A stretch of 64,000 nucleotides of DNA. Origin: Malacoraja senta. Lineage: Eukaryota. The notes under the pieces were generated by a model that was not told the origin of the DNA, did not search any database, and saw only the letters and a list, made by a program, of their open reading frames with translations. The stretch lies in contig CM075989.1 in the NCBI GenBank assembly GCA_038087875.1, forward strand, positions 24,492,001-24,556,000, in the 5' to 3' direction. A program made the position numbers and the translations under genes. Numbering within the stretch: position 1 is the stretch's first letter; the number at the start of each line of letters is the position of its first letter. Shown here in pieces: positions 40,451-51,288 of this stretch.

Positions 40451-41714
40451 TAAGAAGGCCTTGGGTAAGAAGGAACTGCAGATGCTGGTTTACACCAAAG
40501 ATAGATACAAATGCTGGATTAACTCAGCGGGTCAGGCAGCATTTCTGGAGAAAAGGAAGAGGTGACGTTTTGGTTCGAGACCCTTCTTCCGTAATTAGCC
40601 TTGGATTCTCTTATTCCGCTGTTCACTACCAGAGAAAATAGCTTTTATGTTTCTGCCATATCAAATCCTATAAACATTTCAAATAGTTGATTTAATTATA
40701 CTCTGATGATCTAAACCCGAGGATCATAACCCAACTAGGTGCATTCTATCCTCAATGAAATTTCTTGTTGCTTTGCATGGGTAAGTACCAGCAGGAACGG
40801 TGCAGACTAGCTGCATTGTGAGGTTGGTTGGTGGATTGCAAGCTGAGAGCTGCAATGTGCCTCATGAATGCCCCTCAGTGCTCACATAATGTGCAAGACA
40901 TTAACGCCACGTTTTCATTAAAACATGCTTTCATTGGATCCTTTAATTATCTTACAGATGACAAAACTGTAGACAGAACTTCATCAAATATTAGTTAGGC
41001 AGCATCAATACCAGTAGCACACAGACTGTTCAAGGAAGGTTGGAGCCCCTGTCACCTGAAGCATCTGTACAGCTAGCTTAGAAGTTTCACTCAATGGTAC
41101 AGTCCATGCATCACTAACGTTGCTGTTGTACCCGGAGTGGTTTCCTGGGACAGGAAAGCTCTGCCCATGTGGAAACAAACAAATTAAACTGGAGGAGTGT
41201 AGGACTTCATTTCTCGGAGCACAGAAGGCTGAGGGGTGACCTTAAGAGGTTCTTTAAAATCATGATGGGAGCAGATAGGTTGAATGCATAGAGTATTGTT
41301 CCCAGGGTGAAGGAATTAAGAACCAGAGGACATAGTTTTAAGTTGATAGGGGAAAGATTTAATAGTTACCTGAGGGGCCACATTTTTCATGCAGAGGGCG
41401 ATGAGCATATGGAATTAGCTACCAGAGGAAGTAGTGGAGAGCCGATACAATAACAACATTTAAAAGACATTTGGACAATTACATGGATAGGAAACGTTGA
41501 GAGGAATAATGCCAAATGTGGGGAAATAGAAGATAGAGACAACGTGCTGGAGTAACTCAACGGGAAACATTACTGGATAACATGGATGGGTGATATTTCA
41601 GGTCAGGACTCTTCTTCAGACTGATTGTAGTAAGAGAGAGAACGCTGGAAGAGAGGTGAGGGCAGGATAAACCTGGCAAGTGATAGGTGGATCCAGGTGA
41701 GAGGGGGTATTATT

Positions 41715-43545
41715 AGCAATGTTACAAAATTTTGAGATTTTAAAAATAAAGTCTGTAATTTATCCCATCAGATAAAGCATAAAAATAAGTTTAATTTGAC
41801 ACCTAATTCACTTTCATATCTTGATTTTTTAAAAAGTTATGGCCATTTTCATACTCGGAAATTAGCATCTTGTTCCCTATTGCTTTTTCATTGACTTAAC
41901 ACAAAAGCTGTGATCGAGGACAGTCAAAAGCCCATAACTTTCTTAAAAATTAAGAGAACTGAAAGAAATTTTCAGTTATTATAGATTGAAGCATTCTGAA
42001 ACAAATATGAAACAATCTTACTTAGATAGCCAGTTCATTGGTTATATTTAAGAGGGAGTTAAAGGCCTGTCTCACGAGTCTGCGGGCAATGGCGGCGAAA
42101 CAGGAAGAATCTACCGCTCCTGGGCCGCCATAGACCGCGCACTCGGTCAAACGCACAATTCCGGGGCCGTGCGGCGTTGTTCCAAACACCACACGGTGCT
42201 AAAATAAAACCAACACTGTTCAAAAACCTTTTCCTACCGCACAGCCGCCGCCAGTGTGGCACGAGTGCAGCACGGCCGCCGCCAGTGTGGCACGAGCGCC
42301 GTGCGTCGAACTTGCACCGCCACAGCCTCCGCCAGTGAGGCACGACCGCCGCCACAGCCTCCGCCAGTGAGGCACGTGTGCGGCACAGCCGCCACCACAG
42401 CGCCGCGATCAGCACGGCCGCCGCCACAGCCCCGCAGATCCTAAATGACGTCATCGCAGTCGGCCCGCCCTTTTTTTTTACTTACCGCAAGCTCGTGGGA
42501 CCAGCCGTATTTAATCACTCGGCCCCCTCGCAGCACCCGTGCGGCGCTCCCGCGGCATAGGCTCGGCGCTCTCGCCGTTGCCGTGCGGTCCCCTCTACCG
42601 GCGACGCCGTGCTTCACTGCCGATGACCACAACACCGTGAGACAGAGCCTTTAGATGTGGCCCTTGTGGCTAAAGGGATCAGGGGGTATGGAGAGAAGGC
42701 AGGTACGGGATACTGAGTTGGATGATCAGCCATGATCATATTGAATGGCGGTGCAGGCTCGAAGGGCTGAATGGCCTACTCCTGCACCTATTTTCTATGT
42801 ATCTATGTATCTATGACATGAAATTAAAGCATATAATTAGTTAGTTACTTAATTGTAGCTAATTACAAAATTCAATTACTAGATCTAAACATCTATCAAT
42901 TTCTTAAGAATAGATTAACATTTTTAAATAGCCTAAGTGTCCAAATAACATTCACACAAGAATTCACAATATAACATAATTTTTTTATCTCATTGTCATG
43001 GATTTACAGTCCAAATGGAAAGAATTTAATGTTTAATACCTGTAAATTAATGGGCATTTAAATCATCTTGCGAGTGGGGTTTTCTGGAACGCGATCATTT
43101 GGAACGTTGATTTGCAGTGAATTTAACCCCGTATCGGCATGAAAAATTCTGCCGTTCGGGGAAAAGAATCACCGTTTCGCATTAAAAAATGTGAATTAAA
43201 GGCCTCTTAAGAAGCACTTTTATACATAAAAATGAACTGCTTTCGTTTACCTGTCCCGTGCGTGAAATCCGTCCCCGTTGTCGGCGTTGACGGCTTTCGA
43301 AGCTGATTTTAAAAATAACTCCAGCGCTGACATTGTCGATTGAATAAAAATAAAAAATACACAAAACGCCCGTCGGAACGATTTTTCAGCAAACGCTTGC
43401 ACTCCAACGAAATATAATTCAGGACAAGGTAGGAGAAACCCGCGTTTTATCCCCGCCCCCCCCCCCCCTCAAAGGCACCAAAATCGCGCACACGGCCAGT
43501 GGCAGAATTGCAGCGCCGCTGAAGGTAAGTATTGTAACATACCTT
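41715..43545. mobile_element. Non-autonomous DNA transposon, superfamily uncertain, carrying nested insertions
   Basis: Imperfect TIRs agcaatgttacaa / ttgtaacatacct, with the flanking direct repeat gtattatt (41707-41714 and 43546-43553). Confidence 0.65.
42062..42650. mobile_element. GC-rich Harbinger-type non-autonomous element
   Basis: Imperfect TIRs aaggcctgtctcacg / cgtgagacagagcct and a TTA duplication. It interrupts a CR1 3' end (gagggagtta|gatgtggccc) and contains internal ccgccagtg repeats. Confidence 0.75.
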
Positions 43546-43789
43546 GTATTATTGGCAGAACTGGCTTGGATGGAGCATCTTGGTCAACATGTGTAAATTA
43601 GGGGTGAAGGGCCTATTTCTGTGTTGCATGAATCTATGGCTTCATCACTCTAACCCAGTGCTGAATGAGAATTGTACATTCCTCCCTGCTGGAATAATAC
43701 CATCTGTCATCCAAAAAGTAGTAAACTGGAAACGCTCAGCAAATCAGGCAGTTGAGGACGACTTGACTCGATTCTAGTTCTATAGGTTA

Positions 43790-44311
43790 CTAGTCCAAGT
43801 GCAGACCCGTTGGGTCTGGACACTGAACGTGCTTCAGACCCCGGGGTGAAAATCATTAGCGAAAAAAAACCAGAACATGTTTCAGACCCCGGGGTGAAAA
43901 TTCAGAACGTGCTTCAGACCCCTGGACACTGAACGTGCTTCAGAACCGGGGGTTTTAGAGTCCGAACGTGATTCATACACCGGGGTGAAAATCGCTAGCG
44001 AAAAAAAGATGGCGTCGTTTTCGGAGCACAGGCGGTCGACAGCAGCCGTTATGGTGGCTGACCAGCAGGAGGAGACAAAATGAGTGAGTGGGGGGGTGGG
44101 GGGTGGTGGATTTTATTTAAAAATGTGTACATAAATACGAGGAAATGTGATCAGGAGTGGCTAATCGTAAAGAAAAATGAAATCTCTACCGAAATGGAAA
44201 AAATCTCGGCGTTTCTGCGTGCGGTGTTGGCGTAGCGCGGTATCAAAGGGGCTGGCTGGCACAAGTCAAGCAGACACAAACACACAGAGTTTTAATATTA
44301 TAATATATAGA
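43790..44311 (-). mobile_element. Non-autonomous Helitron
   Basis: On the minus strand it begins TC(TATATATT) and ends CTAG, and it sits between A and T with no TSD. A subterminal hairpin CAGACCC-aac-GGGTCTG lies ~12 nt from the 3' end. Internal repeats of gaacgtgcttcagacccc are present. Confidence 0.85.
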
Positions 44312-44450
44312 TAAGGAGGTGCTCAAACTTGGATCCATAGGTTCTAACACAGGTGAGGCTGGAGGTTCTTGATGAATGGGTGAGTTGTCTCAGAGGTACA
44401 GTGCCACATACAATGGGCTTCCATGTGCTCTGGGCAAAAGGCTCAAAGAA

Positions 44451-44850
44451 CTTCTTCTTCTGTTGTATGTCTTTTAGACCTGCAGCTCTGTTGAGGCGAG
44501 CCAGGCCAACGTGTCATCGTCCAGGTCAATCAGACCTCGTTCACCATTCGGTGGCCGGTGTTTGGGGCAACTGGTGGCTATGTGCTCCACTGTCTGTGTT
44601 GGGTCCCCACACTCGCAGGAGGCGCTGTCCACGAGGCCCCACCTCTTCATCGCTATTCCATAGCGTCCGATGCCTGTCCTCAAGCGGTTGAGGGTTGTCC
44701 ACTGCTTTCGGGGCAGGTCCTGGCCAAGGACGTCCATGGGGTCATTGATGTACTGGTGTAGCCTAGATGGTTCCGCTTACTTCCACTGGTCTCTCCATCT
44801 CGTCTTGACCCAGGCGGCCTTAGAAGCGTCAGCCGGTGTTGTGCAGAGCA
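44451..44850 (-). mobile_element. 5'-truncated Vingi/Ingi-like LINE 3' end
   Basis: Encodes ...WTTLNRLRTGIGR...WGLVDSASCECGDPTQTVEHIATSCP, a C-terminal CCHC knuckle. A very short 3' UTR and a (GAA)n tail follow. There is one in-frame stop upstream. Confidence 0.75.
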
Positions 44851-47129
44851 CTCAGTGCCTTCTTGAAAGCTCCTCTTCCACTGGCCAGGCATCCCATGAG
44901 TTGGTGACAAGGAAGCTTTGCGTAAATCCTTGAAGAGTTTCCATAGCCCTGGTCATTGTTTCCCATGACGCAGCTTGGAAGAAAGTGCGTGTTTTGGTAG
45001 TTTGGTTTCAAACAATATGGCCCACCCATCAGAGCTGGCTGAATATAGTCAAGTCCTCAATGCTAGTGATGTTGCCCTGGGGCAGGAAGCTGGCGTCGGT
45101 GTGCCTATGCAGGATGTGAAGCAATTTTAGAAGCATCATTGGTGGCACCGTTACATTTCTTTGTGGATCCTCCTTAACCCACCTGAACATTGGTGTCCAT
45201 GCCCTGTTAAATCTACACCTGAGAGCTTGTTGATGATCAGCCCTCCCATGGTGGTACAGTACTCCAATTTTTGCATCATGTTTCCACCATCTGGATTCCA
45301 CCTCCTGAAGGATTGTGAGTAATGTCCCTGGGCAGGATGCAAGTGGTTACATGTTCAGGTTACATCTCCACTGTCATCCCAAAGTGCCATGTGCTGCGGT
45401 TCTCCAAATTGCCGGCACACGCTCAATAATGAAAGGGTAACATTTGTTCTTTCACATCTTTTTTCATATTTTGTAATCAGTGGTGATTAACATTTTCAAT
45501 TCTGTAATGTTTGAGAAAGAACTGCAAATGCTGAAAAAATCAAAGGTGGACAAAAATGCTGGAGAAACTCAGCAGGTGAGGCGAAACGTCACCTATACCT
45601 TCGCTCCATAGATGCTGCCTCACCCGCTGAGTTTCTCCAGCATTTTTGTCTTCAATTCTGTAGTTAAGTGTTTTGCCTAGCAATCGAATCTTTATAGTGC
45701 CTATATTTTATCTGCAAATCAAACAGATTGTGTTAAAGATCATTTCTGGAAGTTGGGCAGAGTGCTATTCACTTCAGTGATCCTCATAGTTCTTCTGGCT
45801 TTGGGCATTCATCGAGTGGGTTATCTCCAGGTGCTCCAGTTTCCTCCCACATTCCAAAGACATGCGGGTTTGTAGGTTAATTAGCTTCTGTAAATTGACC
45901 CTAGTGTGTAGGATGGAACTAGTGTATGGGTGATCGCTGGTCAGCGCAGACTCAGTGGGCCAAAGGGCCTGTTTCCACGCTGTATCTGTAAACTAAACTA
46001 AACTAAATGAATATGGATTCTCACATCTGGAGGGGACAACTATAACCACCTCTGCACTTCCTGCTAGGCTCTTCCTATAATGGTCCCAACAGGTCTATGA
46101 GCACACTGGAGATATTGCCAGTTGTGTTCCACTAAACCAAAGGGCCATCCTCCTCTCCCAACTTCTTTCTCCTCCATGGCAGCTACTGTGTATGTCGATG
46201 GCAATGGATGGCAAGCCTTCAAGGATGAGTGCAAACTGATGACAGGTACTCATTACAGTCAATGCTGTTGCATTAGGAACAGTAGACACAAAATGCTGGA
46301 GTAACTCAGCGGGTTAGCATCTCTGGAGAGAAGGAATGGGCGACGTTTTGGGTCGAGACCCTTCTTCAGCATTAGGAAGAGTGTTAATCCTATATTGGCA
46401 TATGATTATTTGTGCAAAGTATGAAGGTTTCAATCAAACATATTTTCGGTTATATTTTTGCAGAGTTGCAAACCAGCATGCTTAACAGAACCAATAAGGA
46501 TGAAATCCAATTTTTAAGCATTCCTTTCTTGCGTGGCATTAAAGTGAAATACGCATTTGGGGAAAGAATGTTCCATGCGCTTAGCAAGCAGTAATATTGC
46601 AAAGCCTCTGCTAGTCACTGGAAGAATGCAAACGTTGAATGTTTTCCCAATTAGGTTTATTAAACCCCAAAGTCGAGTTTTGGAATTGGTGATGCAACAC
46701 AGCTTTTAGATTGGAATATCAGTTTTTTACGCACTCCATGGAGGCTACTTTAAATCTTGCTGAGAAAATGCACACTGATGCGTTATTATTCAATGAATTT
46801 GAGACCCATTATTTAAACACACAAAACAACGCAGGCAGGATGATTTATTGGTATGTAAAGTTTTTAAATTGCTTCCAGAAGATCCATATGTAATTCTTCC
46901 TTTTTCCACACAATAGCTCTCTCACTGTCTGCTTGGTTATGGCATTTATTGTGTTCATTGACACTTGTATGTCGCATCAAAACGATTTCAATACAAGCTA
47001 CTGATTGGTACTGAACTGCACAAATGTATGGAAGTTTGAAAGCTTGAGAGAAGAGTTGGTTATGGTACATTGTGAGGCAATGGGTAGGCAGTGGTTAGAA
47101 TCTAAAGAAATGTTGCGAATTATATGTAT

Positions 47130-49180
47130 TCCTTTAGGCTGCAGAAAACTAACAGGAAAAGCGATTCATCCGTGGCTGACCAGAGAAATTAAGGAAGGTA
47201 GTAAATCCAAGGAAGAGGCTCATGATGTTGCCAGAAATAGCAGTAGCCTGAGGATTGGGAACATTTTAGAACTCAGCAAAGGTGGACCAAGACATTGATA
47301 AAGAAAGGCAAAGCAGAATATGAGAGTAGATTGCAAGAAGCATTTTGGTACCAAAAAGGAAAAGATTTTGAGAGGGCAAGTGTGGCCCCATCCAGAGAAA
47401 TGCAAGAGGATTTATGTCGGAGAACAAGGGAAATGACAGAGGAATTAACCAATTACTTTGTATCTGTCTTCACAAACGAAGACACAAAAAACCTGCCAGA
47501 TATATGGAGAATGGTTCTTTGTGAGAAATAGAGCCAAGATTGAGAGAATCCAGTGAGCTTGAGTCTGAGAGAATGATACAGCATGGAATCAGGCCATTGG
47601 CCCATTGAATGGGCACTGGCAATCACCCGCTATTAGCACTAGTTCTACACTGATCCCATTAAATCCCTGAGACCCGATGAATTGCATCCCAATATTCTGA
47701 AGGAGGCAGCTTTAAAGAAAGTGAATGCTTTGCTTATAGATACATAGATACATAGAAAATAGGTGCAGGAGTAGGCCATTCGGCCCTTCGAGCCTGCACC
47801 GCCATTCAATATGATCATGGCTGATCATCCAACTCAGTATCCCGTACCTGCCTTCTCTCCATACCCCCTGATCCCTTTAATCAATTATCATCTTCTGAAG
47901 TTCTATTGATTCTGCAAATGTTCCTGTGGATTGGAGTGTAGCAAAGTGGCCACACTATTTAAGAATGGAGGGAGAGAGAGGATTAATAACATTGAAAGCT
48001 TAATGTCTGTGGAAATAAAAATGCCAGAAATTGTAATGAGGGATGTAATAACACAACATATTGACAAAAATATTAGGATTCAGCAGAGTCAGGATGGATT
48101 TATGAATATGAAATCAGGTTTAACTAATCAGTTTTAGTTTTTTGAGGATGAAACAAGTAGAATAGATAAGGGGACTTTTGATAGGTTCTGCAAAGGAAGT
48201 TGATCAGAAAAGTTAAAGCACAGAATTAGATATAATATACTGGCGTTAATTGAAGATTTCCACTTTGGTGAACATAACAGAAAAGCAAAGTATTTATTAT
48301 TGCGCAGGAAATTGGGTGTTTAGGGGCGAGAAAATGGAGATATTAGCTTTTTTTATGGGAGGGTGTGAAATACAAGAGCAAGGACTCTTTTAATGCAATT
48401 GTAGAGAGCCATGGTGGACCAAACTTGAGTTTAGTTTAGAGATACAGAACGGACACCAAGTCTGCACCGACCAGCGGTCCTCGTACACGAGCACTACACA
48501 CGAGGGAACAATTTATCATTTTTACCAAACCCAATTAACCTTCGAGCCTATCATCCTTTGGAGTGTGGAAGAGATCCAGAGTTCCCGGGGAAAACCCACG
48601 CGGTCACAGGGAGAACGTATAAACTCCGTACAGACATTGCCTGTGGTCAGGATCTAACCCAGGTCTCTAGTGCGTGAGGCAGCAACTCTACCGCTGCACC
48701 ACTGGGCTGCCCATGGCAGTATTATGAACAGTTTTGGCCTGACAGCCGAAGAAAGTCTACAGTAGCCAAAGATAGAGTGGGGTGACATCCATAAAACTGG
48801 TTCCAGAGATCGCAGGTTTAGCCATGACACTTGAGTTTTCTCGCATGTTTGGAAGAATGAGTAGCGATCTCATTGAAAGCTAAAATTCTTAGGACTTGTG
48901 AGGCTAGATGCAGAGATGTTGTTCCTGGCTGGGGAGTCTCAGGGGGCTCCAGAGGAAAGGAGGTCCTGTTAGGACAATGATCTGGAGAAATGTTTCTAGG
49001 ACAGTGAATCTTTGGAATTCTCTATGCCTCAATTGTCATGTCAAGACACAGATGGATACATTTCATGTCATTAAGGTAATCTCTTTAGTGAGGTTGCTGG
49101 GAACTGGCACAGCAGCGGAAGATCAGCTATGGTGTTACTGAATGGTGGACCATGCTCTAAGGGTCTGCTCTCATTTCTTA
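47130..49180 (+). mobile_element. Old, fragmented CR1 LINE interrupted by a younger CR1 tail (~47735-47880) and a V-SINE (~48428-48712)
   Basis: Degenerate CR1 ORF2 motifs: PWLTREIK, LTNYFVSVFT, LFKNGGRE, SQDGF, VNLWNSL. Confidence 0.7.
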
Positions 49181-49287
49181 GGTTGAGTCAGAAGGATGCA
49201 TATAACTGTTCATGTTACTGCAATAATCAGAATATTCTGCACACTTATTCATGTTTAACTCCTTTGGTTTTTATTTGTCGACTTTAG

Positions 49288-49419
49288 GTATTGGTGGCTT
49301 AGAAGATCACGTCTTAAAGTCTGCCACGTTGTCAACCTCTCCGTTATGCCCTCCTTTTACGCCCTTGAACCTTGAAGCAACTCCTATTGTACGAGTCGCA
49401 GTGGAACCCAAACATCCAA
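49288..49419 (+). CDS. EFL1: EFL1 internal coding exon ([45 protein letters not shown])
   Basis: Acceptor actttag| and donor A|gtatgt. 132 nt. [10 protein letters not shown] marks the start of EF-2-family domain III. Confidence 0.97.
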
Positions 49420-50493
49420 GTATGTGGGTAACATTCTGTATTTGGCAATACTCAAGCTGCTGTTTATTCCCACTGTTTAATATATATGTTTGGAGTTCAT
49501 CCAAAACTCTCCTGCCATGGCACCAAGATTACACCAAGCCCGTTTCCCTCATTACTCCTGTACTTGTTGATCTGCACCAGATTTTTGTCCAACAATGATT
49601 TGAATTTTAAACCCCAACTTTGGTTGAGCGCTTTTTAAACTGTAAACTCCTGCCTTGCATTTCTACTTTCTATCCACTCTTGTCTCCTGCCCAACCCAAA
49701 TTTTCATCGCCCATCAGCTGCCTGGTACTTTATTCTAAATCCTTCAAAGTACATAGAACAGTCTGAAGAAGGGTTTCGGCCCGAAACGTTGCCTATTTCC
49801 TTCGCTCTATAGATGCTGATGGACCCGCTGAGTTTCTCCAGCACTTTTGTCTACCTTCGATTTTCCAGCATCTGCAGTTCCTTCTTAAACACATAGAACA
49901 GTACAGCACAGGAACAGGCCCTTTAGCTCACAATGTCTGTGCCAAACATGATGCCAAGACCTACTCTTATCTTCCTGCACATAATTAATAAACCTCCACT
50001 CCCTGCATATCCATGTGCCTCTTTAAAAGTCTTGGAAATGCCATCATATCTGCCTCCACTCACCCCCGGCATCACATTCCAGGCACTCACCACCCTCTGT
50101 GTACAAAAAAATCTTGCCTCGCCACCATCTCCTTTAAACTTTGCCCCTCTCATCTTAAAGCTATGCTCTCTAGTATTTGATATTTCCATCCAGGGAGAAA
50201 GGTTCTGACTGTCTACCCTATCTATGTCTCTCATAATTTAATATACTTCTCTCGGGTCTCTCTGCAACTTCCAGCATTCCAGAGAAAACAATCCAAGTCT
50301 GTCTAGCCTCCCCCTGTCTCTAATACCCCATAATCCAGGCATCAACCCTACCTTTCCTGATTTTAATATATTTCATTAAACCTTTCCCTTTGGCAGTATT
50401 TTTGGGTTATTCGTCCTAATGTCTCTGAAGGTTTTGTTGTCAAAATGCTATTTGATGACCCTTTTGGGAAGCAGCTTGTGGTATATTTCATTC

Positions 50494-50496
<3 letters not shown>

Positions 50497-50530
<34 letters not shown>
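50497..50530. repeat. (TA)n microsatellite
   Basis: Seen directly in the sequence. Confidence 0.95.
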
Positions 50531-50533
<3 letters not shown>

Positions 50534-51288
50534 TGTTTCGTTTGAGTTTTGTTTTTAGTGTTTTTTTAACGGGGTATGTGTGGGGGGCGGGGGGCGGGGG
50601 GTAGGGAGGGGGAAACTTTTAAAATCTTTTCCCTGCACGGGAGAACCGACCTTTCTCTGTCGGGTCTCCGTTGTCGTTGGGACCTAGCACCGTGGAGCGG
50701 CCTCCAACCAGAACGACCTGGGGCTCCAGTCGCGGAGCCTGCGGACTACTCACCATCGTGGAGCTGGCCGACTTCGGAGCGGGAGGGGCTGTGGTGGCGC
50801 GCGGCTGCGACCCGACCCCGGAGATTCGGAGGCTTCAGCCGCAGGTCTGGTGGACGGTAATATCGGGAGCCCGCGGGTCCATGGTGGGAGACCGCTTTTC
50901 GGGGCTCCCGCAACGGCAACTACTCCCGCCCGAGTTGCGGGGTTGAAGATGACCTGGAGCGGGGTCTGGCATCGCCCGGTGCGGCATTGGTGGCCGTGAG
51001 ACTTGCTGGCGCTACCAGGGGCTACAACATCAAGACCCGGAGCGGGGTCTGGCATCGCCCGGCGCGGCTTTGGTGGCCGCCTCTGACATCGGGAGGAAAA
51101 TGGAGTGCAGGGGAGAGATAAGACTTTGCCTTCCATCACAGTGAGGAGGAGACTCACTGTGATGGATGTTTGTGTAAATTGTGTTGTGTCTTTTTTAATT
51201 GTTTGTATGACTGCAGAAACAGAATTTCGTTTGAACTTAGGTTCAAACGACAACAAATAAATATCTAAATCTAAATCTAAATCTAAAT
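50531..51288 (+). mobile_element. GC-rich non-autonomous retroelement with a Rex/L2-like 3' end and a (TCTAAA)n tail
   Basis: 3' hairpin cgtttgaac-ttag-gttcaaacg, then aataaa and the microsatellite tail. Internal duplication of ggagcggggtctggcatcgcccgg. CpG-rich. Confidence 0.6.

Noticed and set aside
42059..42654. CpG island or promoter with overlapping ORFs
   Set aside because: The GC-rich block is bounded exactly by TIRs and a TTA duplication, so it is a transposon interior.
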